A stretch of 64,000 nucleotides of DNA from an uncultured bacterium (GTDB lineage: Bacteria; Chloroflexota; UBA5177; JANWHV01). This document shows, in pieces, positions 1 through 10,631 of this stretch (the first letter of the stretch is position 1; each line of letters opens with the position of its first letter). The notes under the pieces are model-generated. The model ran no database searches. It was not told the origin of the DNA and saw nothing but the letters and a program-made list of their open reading frames with translations. Made by a program: the position numbers and the translations under genes. The DNA lies in contig CAWHAE010000016.1 of assembly GCA_963827235.1 (NCBI GenBank), positions 224,001 to 288,000 of the forward strand. Direction: 5' to 3'.

Positions 1-2
1 GA

Positions 3-569
3 GTGGACGGCGCACGGCGGGCCGTGAACCGGAGCGTGTGCTCCACCTTCGTGGACCGCGTGGTGGAGCAGGCTTACGGTTACCCCGCTCCCCGCGTCAC
101 CGCCTGGCTCGGCCTCTATGCCAGGACCATTCACCAGGCGATAGCACAACGTCGGGGCTTCTTCCCAATCACGGCCGTGGCGGCGATCGAGCCGGGGGAC
201 GTCATGGCCATCGAGTACTACGACGATGACCGGCCCAGCACGGGCCACGTGATGATCGTGGATCACGTGCCGCAGCCAATCCAGGCTCTAGCGCCGCTGA
301 TCCCCGGCACGGGGCAGTACACGGTGGCAGTGATCGACTCGGCGATGTCCGGCCATGGACCGACGGACACGCGTGCGGAGAAACGAGGGCGCTGGCAGAC
401 GGGCATTGGGCGTGGACTGTTCCGCCTCTATGCCGACGCGCAGGGGCATATTGCCGGCTACAGCTGGAGCCCGACCGCTGGGTCAACGTTCTATCCGCCA
501 ACGATACGGGACGTGCTGGTGGGCCGCCTGACGCGCGTTCCGCGGAGTCCAACCCATCTACGCGCCTGA
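3..569 (+). CDS. 5'-truncated hypothetical protein, possible NlpC/P60 (papain-like) fold
   Basis: ORF begins at the window edge; CSTFV, IEPGDVMAI and GHVMIV resemble the Cys/His motifs of NlpC/P60-CHAP proteins. Confidence 0.5.
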   Translation: MDGARRAVNRSVCSTFVDRVVEQAYGYPAPRVTAWLGLYARTIHQAIAQRRGFFPITAVAAIEPGDVMAIEYYDDDRPSTGHVMIVDHVPQPIQALAPLIPGTGQYTVAVIDSAMSGHGPTDTRAEKRGRWQTGIGRGLFRLYADAQGHIAGYSWSPTAGSTFYPPTIRDVLVGRLTRVPRSPTHLRA

Positions 570-1304
570 CATCGCCGCCGAAGTCAAGCGCAATCGCTCG
601 ACGCGCGGAGGCTGGTGGTTGGTGCGTGTTGCCCACGGGCCCATGACCTGTGCGCTCCGACTACGACCCGTATTGTCGAGACCACCGAGCCCACGGCCGC
701 CTATCCTGAGCATTGCCTCAGGTGTTTGCTTCTTGGGCTGTCCATGGTCCCCCGCGCACCTGCAGCGAGTGCCCTCTCCCCATACGATACGCCTCGCCCC
801 CTGGTAAGGTTCGTTGGACATGGCATAACGGGGCCTGCAGGCGCCCGGGCTGCCTCCGTGCTCTACTCTGCGGTGGCACACGACCGACCGGACTATCTCC
901 GATCTTGCGGCACCCATTGCGGCGTGCGGCACCTACTGACCCTCGGCTGCCAGGTCGCCTCGCGCGCGATACGGCTCACTGGCGGGGCTATCAGGCTCGA
1001 GCTGACAGTATCTCCGCGGCAGGCCGTGAAGTCATACCGTAACAGTGAGCGCGTAGACCGTCAGCGGCACATCGGTGCCTGACGCATAATCTGCGCAAAC
1101 TGGCTGGCCTCATGCGCGCGCGTCCAACAGCGGACGCACCAATCCTCGCCCTGACAACGCCGCCGATTCGCTAACCAGCACAACTCTCCCGCCGACGCCG
1201 CTGCCCAGCATAGCACCGGAATGCTGTCTGCCGGCCGGGCGATGTCGGCAGTGTGTGGGCCGGCATGCTGTGCCCGGCTACGACGAAGTGATGTCGCCAG
1301 CGTG

Positions 1305-2977
1305 CTACTGGGTCAGGATCCGCAGCACCCAGCCGTCGATGCTGGAGGCGCGGAGGGCTACCTGCGCCCAGTGCGTCGTCAAGGCCAGCACTTGCAGCTT
1401 CGTACCCTGCTCGAGTTCCGCGACCACGCCGTGATTCTGTCCCGGCCCGCTGCGAATATTGAGGATCGGCGTCGCCACGGTAATGAATAGGGCATGCACG
1501 ACCAGCGCATCGCCGCCGGCAGTAAGCTCTCCCGCCGGCAGGGTCAGCGGTCGTGCCACCCAGCCCGTCGTCCCGCCGGGCAGCACCACCGCAGCCCAGT
1601 GGGGCGTCGTCCGCTCTACCTCGATATTGGTGCCGTCAAGACGGCCCCGCAGGCCGGGTATTGCAGGCCTGGACCCGTGCGCACACGCAGGAGGGATACG
1701 GTAGGCACGATGGTCACTGCCCCGTGCGGCGTTGGTGCTCCCGGCTCCTGCAGATACTGGCGCGCGGCCCAGCCGATGGCGCCGTCGCGCGTCCTGTCCT
1801 GGGCCCAGTGCGGTGTGTAGGCCAGCAGCTCCACCGTGTCGCCGTGGTAGGCGGCGGTGACGATCGGATGGTCCTCGCCGGGACCGCTGCGCACGTTCAG
1901 GCCCAGGACGGCGACCGTGGCCACTACGGCACCCGCAGGAGGCCACGAGGAGTTCGCAGTGCCATTCCCGCTGGTAGCCCAGTCCCGGTAGCCGGCGACA
2001 TAGCGCCGGTCGACCCAGCCCTGCACGTGCTGCGGCAGCGCGACCTCGATCCATGACCCCTTGGTGGCCATGTAGCCCAGCTTGGCCCCGCGCAGGGCCG
2101 TGCCCACAATGCGCGCCTGCACACCCGGCTCCACCCGCACGTGCAGGCCGTCGCTGACCGCCACCACCACAAAATGCTGGTAGCTCCGCAGGAAGCGCTC
2201 GAGCACCGGCCCGGACTCGGACGACTCATCGAACACCTCTGGGGAGGGATGGCCCGTGCTCGCGATGTAGGCTGCCCGCTGCAGCAGGTGCGCCGCGACG
2301 AAGGCCAGCCCATCCACATAGCCGGCAATCAAGCTGGCATTGCCGAACGTATAGCCGGGCGCGTCCTCATCAACGCTCTTGATCTCGAAGTGCAGGTGGG
2401 GACCGGTCGCATTGCCGGTGGCACCCACCAGCCCCAGCTCCTGACCCTGGCTGACGATCTCGCCCACGTAGACATCGAGACTGCCGTACTGCAGATGCTC
2501 GTACTGCGAATACATGACGCTGCCGTCCGGCAGATCGTGGCGGAGACGCACCATGACGCCGTAGCTGCCGTTGTATCCTGCACTCACCACCAGGCCGGCT
2601 GCGGTGGCATGGATGACCGGACTCGCCGTAGTCGTGCCCAGGTCTACGCCGGTGTGGCCGCAGTAGTAGAGCCCGTACAGGTAGTAGCCCTGGCCGGCCG
2701 AGGGATCGCACGACGTGTTGAAGCCCTGAGTGATGTAGTAGCCGCTGGCATTGGCGTGGTCCCAGGTCGGCTGGATCGTCGGTGCACCGACGGGGTAGAT
2801 GAATGAGGTCGCGATGGGCACGCCACCCGTACCGTTGGTATCGGCTGCAGCGGTCGCTGGACGGAGCGGGCTGAGCACCAGCACGACGGCCCACAGCAGG
2901 AGCCAGCCGCACGAGGCCGCGCTTCGGCGGCGCGGGACATTACGGTCGACGACGTCACCCCCAGTGGGATAAGGCAC
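1305..2977 (-). CDS. Secreted M23 peptidase with four C-terminal SH3b domains; frameshifted near 1638-1640
   Basis: Signal peptide, HTGVD and HLHFE M23 motifs; SH3b repeats (LHVRVEPG, LNVRSGPG, LRVRTGPG, LNIRSGPG). SH3 no.3 continues in another frame (GTC TT GAC GGC), i.e. one base is missing. Confidence 0.85.
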
Positions 2978-3629
2978 AGAGCAACTCGCGGCCCACGGTA
3001 ACAGGGGAGCGCAGCCCCGTCAATGGGGACTAGGGGACAACCGTCCTGTACAGGACACGGATCGGGCAGCAGGTGGTACAGGGGACGTGGGATCACGCGA
3101 CAGGCGGACGCTCGGACGGAGTCGTCGCCCACCAGGCACACGCCGGCCACGAGAAGGCAACTATCCGGACGCCGGGTGTCCAATGGTGCCCTGTAGGACC
3201 GGCGGGACGCCGGAACGGTGACTGCCCAGCGTCACCGCGTGCAGGGCCGGACCGTCTGCAACCACGCGGCGTAGGGCGCGACGTCGCCGCAGACCGGTTT
3301 GGCGACAACGTTCGGGTTGCCAGCGACGCGCGATCCGCTGTCCCCCTATCTCACGATGTGCCGCTCACGGTGAAGCTGCCGGCGACGTTCGTCAGCGGCG
3401 CAGTCGGCGAAATCGCCACCACGACGCGGCTGGCGCCGGCCGGGATCTTCAGGCTGCCGTCGTCAAGCCTGGCTGAGAACGACTCGCTGGCGACAACACG
3501 TTGCCAAAGACTGTGCGATTTGCGGTAATCCTGCGATCCGGTCCCCAAGGTGCTGCCCAACCGACGGGGTCCGGGCTGATCCCTCGCCCAGCCCTCCGTC
3601 ACCCACAACGGGGTGTACACACGCACGCC

Positions 3630-3930
3630 GTGCAGAGTCGAGTTAAAGAGCCCAGCACGATCGCAGAGGCGTTCCGCCTCGTCAAGGCGGTGCGTGATGA
3701 GGAAGATCGTCACACCGCTCTGGCGCAACCCGTCAATCGGGTCGTGGACATCGCGCGCGGCCACCGGGTCCAGACCGGCCGTCGGCTCATCGAGGAATAG
3801 CGCGTCCGCGTCGTTGAGCAGCGCCCTGGCCAGACTGATCCGGCGGCGCAACCCTTTGGACAGCTTGCCACAAACTTCGTTGACCCGTCCGGTGAGGTTG
3901 ACGCCGCGCAGTAGTGCGCGAGCGCGCCTG
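3630..3930 (-). pseudogene. ABC transporter ATP-binding protein fragment
   Basis: LSKGLRRR signature, LFLDEPT Walker B and ITH switch present; Walker A half absent; boundaries approximate. Confidence 0.75.
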
Positions 3931-3969
3931 GCTCTGCTTCCAGGTCCGCGATACGAGACAACTCGTGGT

Positions 3970-5235
3970 CTACGCCACCGACGGGTTCGTGCGCTTCATA
4001 CAAGCTTGTCCGTCTGAGGGACTGGGCACGGACGTGCACACGCTGCAGCGGTTGTGCGCTGACGACATGGCAGCGCTCGCGGCGATCGACCAGGCGCACG
4101 TCGAGAGCTTTGGGGCAGCGGGGCTGCCTGGCGCGATGTTCAATGCCGGCACCGGTGTAGCGGGGAGGTTGCAGGTCCACTTCTCATCGGCAGCAACTGC
4201 CAAGCTGTGACATACCGCCGCTACGAGCAAAGGATCCCACAGACGGCCGCTGTCCTGCTTCAGACGGCAAACCACGTCAGCAGGCCGTAGCGCCTCGCGA
4301 CGATACGAGGGTCGCAGCATCGCGTCGACGCATTCTGCGATGGCCAGGATTCTCGCGCGGAGAGGGATCGCCTCTCCTGCAAGGCGCTGCGGATAGCCGG
4401 TGCCGTCCCAGCGTTCGTGGTGGTGCAGAATCAGATCTTGGACCGGAGCGGCCATGTTGGCACGAGCGGCAAGCTCGGCGCCAATGCTCACGTGCGCCTC
4501 CACCACGCGGCGTCTCGCGCTCGGCAAGATGCGGCGCCCTCCCCAAAGGTCTCGCGAAAGCCCCACCTTTCCGACGTCGTGAACCCACGCCGCCTGCTCC
4601 AACGCCGCAACCTGTCGAGGCGCCAGCCCGCTCGCAGTGGCGAGACTGACCGCAATGCGGGCAACCCCCATACCATGCCCCACGTGCCCCCATTCGGCCA
4701 CTTCCTGCGCGGCAGTGGCCTGCAGCAATTGTGCCTGACTGACCGACGACAGCACTTGTATCAGTTCCTCGATCTCCGCGTCCTGCCGTTCGACCGTGCG
4801 CATCGTTGCTTCAGCCGCAGCCTTCGCAGCGTGCAGATAGAGGCGAATATCTTGCTCCAGCACAAGCCGCAGCAGCCACGGTGCGACGTGGCGCTTGGAT
4901 GGGCACTGTGCTGAGACAAGGACCAGCGTCAGTCCCACCTCATCCGCAAGTGTCACGAGTTCTCGCGCGCCGGCGAACGGGCCGTCTGCATGCGAGTACA
5001 CGATGCGGAGCGGGGACTGTGGCTCAATCAACCTGAATGGCATGTTCGCAGTCGCCGAACTTCGACCCTGGGCTCCCCCACTCGGTCCACGACCCAGGCA
5101 GGAGTGGCCATGCCGAGCAACGGGATCCCGAGTGCATGGAGAGCCGCCGGCCGGCGTGCATAGCACCTCGAACACCAGGGGAACCGGTGCCGCAATGAGC
5201 ACCTGCTGCGGCGCAATGCCGACACCTGCAGTCAT
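3970..5235 (-). CDS. SRPBCC(START)-like plus HD-GYP domain protein
   Basis: IAAPVPLVFEVL N-terminus typical of SRPBCC; HDVGK, HHHERWDGTGYP and IPLRARILAIAE HD-GYP motifs. Confidence 0.75.
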   Translation of the reverse strand: MTAGVGIAPQQVLIAAPVPLVFEVLCTPAGGSPCTRDPVARHGHSCLGRGPSGGAQGRSSATANMPFRLIEPQSPLRIVYSHADGPFAGARELVTLADEVGLTLVLVSAQCPSKRHVAPWLLRLVLEQDIRLYLHAAKAAAEATMRTVERQDAEIEELIQVLSSVSQAQLLQATAAQEVAEWGHVGHGMGVARIAVSLATASGLAPRQVAALEQAAWVHDVGKVGLSRDLWGGRRILPSARRRVVEAHVSIGAELAARANMAAPVQDLILHHHERWDGTGYPQRLAGEAIPLRARILAIAECVDAMLRPSYRREALRPADVVCRLKQDSGRLWDPLLVAAVCHSLAVAADEKWTCNLPATPVPALNIAPGSPAAPKLSTCAWSIAASAAMSSAHNRCSVCTSVPSPSDGQACMKRTNPSVA

Positions 5236-5639
5236 CCCCGCGTCCTACTCGATGCTTCCTGCCTCGACATCTCCGTGCTCGCAAAGGCGGTCTTCTGCGC
5301 ACAACTCTATACCGCGTCAGCGAACTGATCAATAGAACCACTGTGGTGCCACGGCTCTACCCACATCGATGGGCGTGTATGGTCGCAGCAGCTCTGCGCG
5401 CGACGAGGATCGTGCGCAGCGTGGCTGTGGGGACGCCGACCTTCTCGCAACTCCTCAACCGTGAATGGCGTGCCGACGAGTGCTTCGCAAGGAATGACGT
5501 CAGGTCAATCGTCGCTCGCTGTTCACTCGGCTGCCGCGCCGGGGAGCGTTCGGCACAGCCATTGCGTCCGAGGTGGTCGGCCACCATCAGACGGTACGAG
5601 AGATACAGGCTCAGCAAAAAGAGTGCACGCCTGGCCCTG

Positions 5640-5975
5640 GTGTCAGGACTCGAGCTGGCCCGCAGCCTCTACACCGATGTCCTCGCGACCGCTCTGCGTG
5701 ACGTACCCCATGCTGCTGCGGCGCTTAGTGAGGGAGCTGAGATCCTGGGTTTCGGCACGGAGCGATCCACCGACCACAGTTGGGGGCCCCGCGCGCGCAT
5801 CTTTGTCAGCGCCGAAGCGGTCCCGGTGGCGCAATCACGCCTGCAGACCGCACTCCCCGAGACCTTTCGCGGGTGGCCGGTGCGGAACTTTCCCTGGCAG
5901 AGCGGGCGTGTGGAGCACAATGTCGGCGTCTCGACCCTGCAGGACTGGTTGCGCGAGCAGATCGGCCCGGACCCG
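5640..5975 (+). pseudogene. DUF4037-family protein N-terminal fragment
   Basis: SGLELARSLY...GAEILGFGTERSTDHSWGPR matches the family N-terminus; reading then degenerates; boundaries approximate. Confidence 0.6.
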
Positions 5976-6200
5976 GGACGAGCCTCTCGACATGCCAGCG
6001 GACAGCCAGGACTACTCCCGCGACATCGCCACCCCGCCAGCCAAAGCCGCCGTCTGCTGCACCGCGCCAACCGTCTTGATCGCCAGCACCTGGGTCGGCG
6101 CGGCCCGCTTCTGGTCAAGCCACGGCTCAGCAAAGGGCGCTCGACCACAGATGGGAACGCCAGCGCAAACGGCTCTCAAACATGCCCGGAGAGCTGCCGT

Positions 6201-6578
6201 TCACGACGCCAAGGGCTTCAACCGCGCAACGATCTGGGCCGCGTTGCCCGCTGGATCGGCAAAGAAGACCATCGTATCCCCGAACACGTTCGTCGTCGGC
6301 TCCTGCACGGGTACGCCCGTGGCCCGCAGTGCCGACAGGGTGATCTCGAACTCGCTGGGATCTACCACGAAGGCCAGGTGGTGCGGCAGCGTCAAGGGCG
6401 GTTGGTCGCGCGCCATGATCTCCAGCCTGCCGCCCTGGCCGTCGCCGACGAACGCCAGATCCCCTGGGTTCTCCTTCAGCCGGTGCCAGCCGAATACCTC
6501 CTCGTAGAAGCGAACTGTCGCCTCGAAGCGATCGGGCGCGGCGCCAATGCCAACATGCTCAAGTCTGCCTCTACTCAC
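6201..6578 (-). CDS. VOC (glyoxalase/bleomycin resistance) family protein
   Basis: LEHVGI, FYEEVFGW, HHLAFVV and FFADPAGN motifs. Confidence 0.85.
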   Translation of the reverse strand: MSRGRLEHVGIGAAPDRFEATVRFYEEVFGWHRLKENPGDLAFVGDGQGGRLEIMARDQPPLTLPHHLAFVVDPSEFEITLSALRATGVPVQEPTTNVFGDTMVFFADPAGNAAQIVARLKPLAS

Positions 6579-6789
6579 CCTGTATCTCTACCTTCTGTCC
6601 GGCCGCGACGGCCTCGCTCTGCCCATCGCACGCGAGCTGTGCTCTTGTGATCCATACTCTGATATTACTTGACCGATCACAGCACTTGCGCGTGTGCCGG
6701 GTTACGCCCATGGGCGACGAGGGCACAAAGGTCAGCGGACAGGACCATGATACCGAGGTGTATAGCTACGGCGTAGTGCGCACAGTCCC

Positions 6790-7112
6790 TTGGGCGCTGA
6801 CGAGGTAATCCGGCTGAAGCCGCGTCACGTCAAACGCCCGCCTGACGACGAGCGTTTCAACAGTATTGTCGTGGACCTCGGCACAGAGTGGTATCGCCAC
6901 CTACCGCTGCCCTGGCCCCCAATGCCCTCTCCCCTACGTTCGAGACGCTATTCGCACAGCTGGAGTCCGCTGGCCCTGACCGGTTTGCCCTGGCGTTCAA
7001 GCGGCACACGGGCGACTGGGTCGAGCTGTATCGAGATCTCTCGCTTGCGCAGTGCCTGGAGGCGAGAGAGCGGGGCCCTACTTCATCCCTTGAGTGGGCG
7101 GTGACGTGTTAG
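6790..7112 (+). pseudogene. Frameshifted conserved hypothetical protein (possibly DUF3024-like)
   Basis: LKPRHVKRPPDDERFN...WYRH in one frame and PNALSPTFE...AFKRHTGDWVEL in another read as one protein; boundaries approximate. Confidence 0.4.
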
Positions 7113-7621
7113 GACAGGCCGGAGCAGCGGATGGGTACAGCGGTGTCGGTGTCAATAGCGCGTGGCCCAAATGACAGTCGGAAGTCACGCTTACGGGTCC
7201 GGAGTGAGAAGAGAGCAGGCGACTGCTACTGACCCTCCGGCATCAGAGCGCCCACAGCAAACGCATCACCTTGCTAAACCAGGCATACCGCAGGTGTGGC
7301 TGAAGGCGCGTGTCGTTCTGTGTTGTGGCCCGGTACATGTTTCACGCGGGTCAGCGTGTACGGCCTGCCACTAGTGCGCTTGCCGACGCCGGTCTGAGAG
7401 ATGGGCCGGGTTCCGTCCGTCGGCGCCACATCTTGTGGGCCCCAAGAGCGCGTGTCGTTCTGCCTGTAGTGTGCATACGCACACAATAGCCGACTTCAGC
7501 CTTGTCTGCTCCGCGCGCGTGACCTCGTGCTGTAGTCAGGCTGAGGACCTCCCTGCGGGCAGTGGCCGCGAACACCACTCTGTAGGAGTGCTCGCTCTGC
7601 CGGTTCTCCACACCATTGGAC

Positions 7622-8383
7622 CTAGGCTTCAGGCTTTACTTTGCCCACTGGCGCCGCGTACACGGCATATTCATCGCGGCCGTCCACGCCGAGCAAGGCA
7701 TCGAGCTTGGCCTGGTCATAGGCGTCAATGCCGCAGGTGCCGGCGCCAATGGCCTCGCACGCCAGGTAGAGATTCTGGCACAGATGGCCAGCGTCTTGGG
7801 CAATGATCTTGGGTGACAAGAACGCATAGCGCCATTCCGTGCGATAGGGGACAACGGTCCAGACAAATGTCGCAGCACCTTTGCCGACAAAGAGCTGGTT
7901 ATTGCAGGCCACACCTGCCTCTTCGGCGAGGCTGGCGTCCAGGCGCAGCAGGCAGAGCTTGTGCTCCAGCGCCAGGTAGCGGTAGAGTCCCGGCTCGAAA
8001 CCGGTGACGCGATAGAGCAAGAGGTAGGTTTCAAAGGGGTGGCGTGCGCCGCCAGAAGGGACGGTGCGCAGGGTGTACACCTTGTTGTGCCCCACCTCAG
8101 TGACACCCTGTGTGGCCCAGAGCAAGAACGACAGCTCTTCGAGCGAGAGCAGCTCTGTGGTGTACGTGCGGCGGCTGCGGCGGCGGCGAACAGCATCAAT
8201 CAGCGGCATGCGCCCGATGGTGAAGGCGTCGGGCGCCACAAGGTCGAAGAGCAGCGCTCCGGCGGGCGCGGGTTTCTCCAACGGGGGGCAGGGCAGCCCT
8301 CGCTTCTGATCGGTTTCAGAACGGCCCCATTCCTCCCAGCGTTCTGATTTGAGAAAGCGTTGCCCCGGTTCCATCGATTCCAT
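7622..8383 (-). CDS. SagB/ThcOx-family nitroreductase (FMN-dependent dehydrogenase)
   Basis: RRRSRR, LLWATQG, RTVPSGGARHPFETY and DAGHLCQNLYL motifs. Confidence 0.9.
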   Translation of the reverse strand: MESMEPGQRFLKSERWEEWGRSETDQKRGLPCPPLEKPAPAGALLFDLVAPDAFTIGRMPLIDAVRRRRSRRTYTTELLSLEELSFLLWATQGVTEVGHNKVYTLRTVPSGGARHPFETYLLLYRVTGFEPGLYRYLALEHKLCLLRLDASLAEEAGVACNNQLFVGKGAATFVWTVVPYRTEWRYAFLSPKIIAQDAGHLCQNLYLACEAIGAGTCGIDAYDQAKLDALLGVDGRDEYAVYAAPVGKVKPEA

Positions 8384-8592
8384 GGTTTTGGCTCCTTTGG
8401 CGAGCGCAACGGCGGACGACTCGGCACCATTATATAACGCGCCTGAACGTCACCATCATCGCCAACCCGCCCGTCGCCCGCAGTGTCACCGTAGGCGCGG
8501 TCGTCTTGAAATCTGCGGCCACCACGCAGGTGGTTGGCTTCCCGACCAGCCCCATCTGAGAGTTGCGCCAGGCGACAGCAGGGAGATTAGTA

Positions 8593-9235
8593 CTAGTTGC
8601 CCCTGCGTGAAGAGGTGTCTTTACTCTGGAGAGGTGGTACGTTCGGGGTGAGAAACGAGGCCGAACGCACGCTCCAGAGGAGGTGAGGTGCTCGAATGCT
8701 GATCGATCGCTACCCAGCGGAGGATGTCTTCGCGCACGTGCCGGAGTTGGCAGGGCAGACGGATCCGGTACTGCGCCAGCTCGACCCCCTGCTGGACGAC
8801 GATCCGCTCTTCCAACTGGTCAGGGCTGATCTAGCGCAGCGGTATGCGCATACGACGGACCACGGGCGGCATGCAACACCGGTGGAGGTGATCCTGCGGC
8901 TGCTCGTGGTGAAGCGCCTGTTCAACTGGGGCGACGAGGAGGCCGAACGGCGCGTGGCCGACAGCCTGGTGCTGCGCTGGTTCTGTCGGGTCTACTTCCA
9001 CCGCGTGCCCGACGCCACCACGCTGCTGCACTGGAGCCGGACGATCCAGCCCGTGACCCTGCACGCGCTGCTGGACCGTATCAGCGTGCTGGCCCAGCAG
9101 CACAAGGTCACCAAGGGCCGGAAGCTGCGTCTGGACGGCTCCGTGGTGCAGAATACCATCCGCCATCCGACCGACTCCAGCCTGCTCGTGGACGGCGTGC
9201 GCGTGCTCAGCCGGGTGCTGCGGCGGGCTAAGCCC
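8593..9235 (+). mobile_element. Truncated IS (IS5/ISNCY-like DDE transposase, N-terminal part, ATG at 8696)
   Basis: GRHATPVEVILR, LRWFCRV, VPDATTL and LRLDGSVV...PTDSSLL motifs; similarity ends at about RRAKP; a CTAG at 8593 precedes the probable left end; no right end seen. Confidence 0.8.
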
Positions 9236-9279
9236 AGCAGCAGCGGCGCTTGCCGCCGTTGGCGAGCAGGCAGTCTCCC

Positions 9280-9470
9280 TAGCTGCACGACACCAGGCCA
9301 GCGACTGGGGACATGTCGCCGCTGCAGCAGGAGAAGAACGCATTGGGGTGCAGTACGGCCACGATGTCACATCCCTCTATCGGCTCCAGGACGGCACCGA
9401 AGTCCGCGTCGAAACCTCGCTCGACCATTCCTTGACCCTAATCCTGCTGGCCAGCGAATACGTGCCGCGC
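9280..9470 (+). pseudogene. Degenerate remnant of a small plasmid-associated conserved protein
   Basis: Across frameshifts reads RHQASDWG...NAL...SLYRLQDGTEVRVETSLDHSLTLILLASEY, resembling the HxxGDWG...TEADRSxTTxLLPxEY family. Confidence 0.35.
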
Positions 9471-9569
9471 CAGCCGGTCAGCCCAGGCGAACGGCATGCC
9501 CACTGGGCCAACTCCTACCACGACAAGCACTCCACCGCTGCCAACTGCATGGCTATGCACCTCTACCCC

Positions 9570-9600
9570 TTGACTTCGAGCGCGCTCGAAGTTGTAGGCT
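9570..9600 (+). promoter_or_regulatory. MerR-type promoter/operator
   Basis: TTGACT-N19-TAGGCT with perfect 20-bp palindrome ACTTCGAGCGCGCTCGAAGT (9573-9592); ATG 6 nt after the -10 box. Confidence 0.85.
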
Positions 9601-9606
9601 GCAGCT

Positions 9607-10065
9607 ATGGACCAACTGCTCAGCATTCGCGATGTCAGTGCACGCACCGGCCTGAGCGTACACACCCTCCGCTACTACGAGCGCGCCGGTCTGCTCGACC
9701 CCGTCGGTCGCGCGGCGTGCGGCCATCGGCGCTACGCACCAGCGGACATCGCGTGGATTGAGTTCCTCAGCCGACTGCGCGCCACCGGCATGCCGATCCG
9801 CCAGATGCAGCAGTTTGCACACCTGCGGCGGCGGGGTGCCCAGACCGTCGGCGACCGGCGCGAGCTACTGGAGGCGCATCGGCTGGCGGTGCAAACTCAT
9901 CTCGCGACGTTGCAGCACAGCTTAGCAGAGATCGAGGAGAAGATCCGCCACTACCGTCGACTGGAGGAGGATGCGGATGACCCCATCGCAGGAGCGTTCA
10001 CCATCGCAGACAGCCGAGGCGAGCCAGCGCTATCGGCGAGGGTTGGCGAAGCTGGCGGAGGTTGA
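9607..10065 (+). CDS. MerR-family transcriptional regulator
   Basis: SIRDVSARTGLSVHTLRYYERAGLL HTH, GHRRY wing and coiled coil. Confidence 0.92.
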   Translation: MDQLLSIRDVSARTGLSVHTLRYYERAGLLDPVGRAACGHRRYAPADIAWIEFLSRLRATGMPIRQMQQFAHLRRRGAQTVGDRRELLEAHRLAVQTHLATLQHSLAEIEEKIRHYRRLEEDADDPIAGAFTIADSRGEPALSARVGEAGGG

Positions 10066-10414
10066 TGGGCAGATGGGCAGTGCCGTGGTTGCCCCACTGG
10101 GCGACCTCGGCCGCTACATCGTGGAGTTCGCCTTTGGCGACATCTACAGCCGGGAGGGGCTCGCGTTGCGCGAGCGGGAGTTGGTGACGGTTGCCATGCT
10201 CACCGTGCTCGACCGCGGGCCGGAGCTGCGCGTGCATCTGGGCGCTGCACTCAACGTCGGCGCCACCCCAGAGGAGCTTGAAGAAGTGATCATCCAAACT
10301 CTTCCCTATGCGGGCTTCCCGACCGCTATCCACGCCGTGAAGGCACTGCGCGACGTCGTGACGGAACGTCCGGTCGATCCAGGCGGCGCGGCTGTGGTGG
10401 CTAGCGCGAAATAG
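9971..10414 (+). CDS. Carboxymuconolactone decarboxylase (AhpD-like) family protein
   Basis: FAFGDIYSREGL, RERELVTVAML, HLGAALNVG and YAGFP motifs; GGAGG RBS; start 9971 or 9977. Confidence 0.88.
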   Translation: MRMTPSQERSPSQTAEASQRYRRGLAKLAEVDGQMGSAVVAPLGDLGRYIVEFAFGDIYSREGLALRERELVTVAMLTVLDRGPELRVHLGAALNVGATPEELEEVIIQTLPYAGFPTAIHAVKALRDVVTERPVDPGGAAVVASAK

Positions 10415-10564
10415 CCGAGTTTCTAGTCCCAGGCCGCAGTACCTGTCCTTGACCCTCTAGAGCACCCCAGCTGGCCAGTAGGCAACGCATCTGGGTGGCT
10501 TCCCGGCCTCCCGGCGGGCTGGGTGCGCGGGTCCTCGGGCTCATCCATCCATCCTGAACAGCTT

Positions 10565-10610
10565 GACGGCATGGTTACGTTGTTGCCAGAGTCAGAGTAA
10601 CTATGCCGTC
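10565..10610. repeat. 14-bp inverted repeat with 18-bp spacer
   Basis: GACGGCATGGTTAC (10565-10578) and GTAACTATGCCGTC (10597-10610), one mismatch. Confidence 0.7.
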
Positions 10611-10631
10611 GAACATGGGAGTGGGCCACTA

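Noticed and set aside
570-1300. ORFs or ncRNA in the gap after the first gene
   Set aside because: No recognisable motifs, RBS or conserved structure
2978-3350. c-di-AMP (ydaO) riboswitch upstream of the M23/SH3 gene
   Set aside because: The expected conserved GGGGGA/GGGGUGAAU motifs were not found on the coding strand
7622-8383. SagB-type dehydrogenase as part of an azole RiPP cluster
   Set aside because: No YcaO cyclodehydratase, precursor peptide or transporter nearby; stand-alone homologues are common
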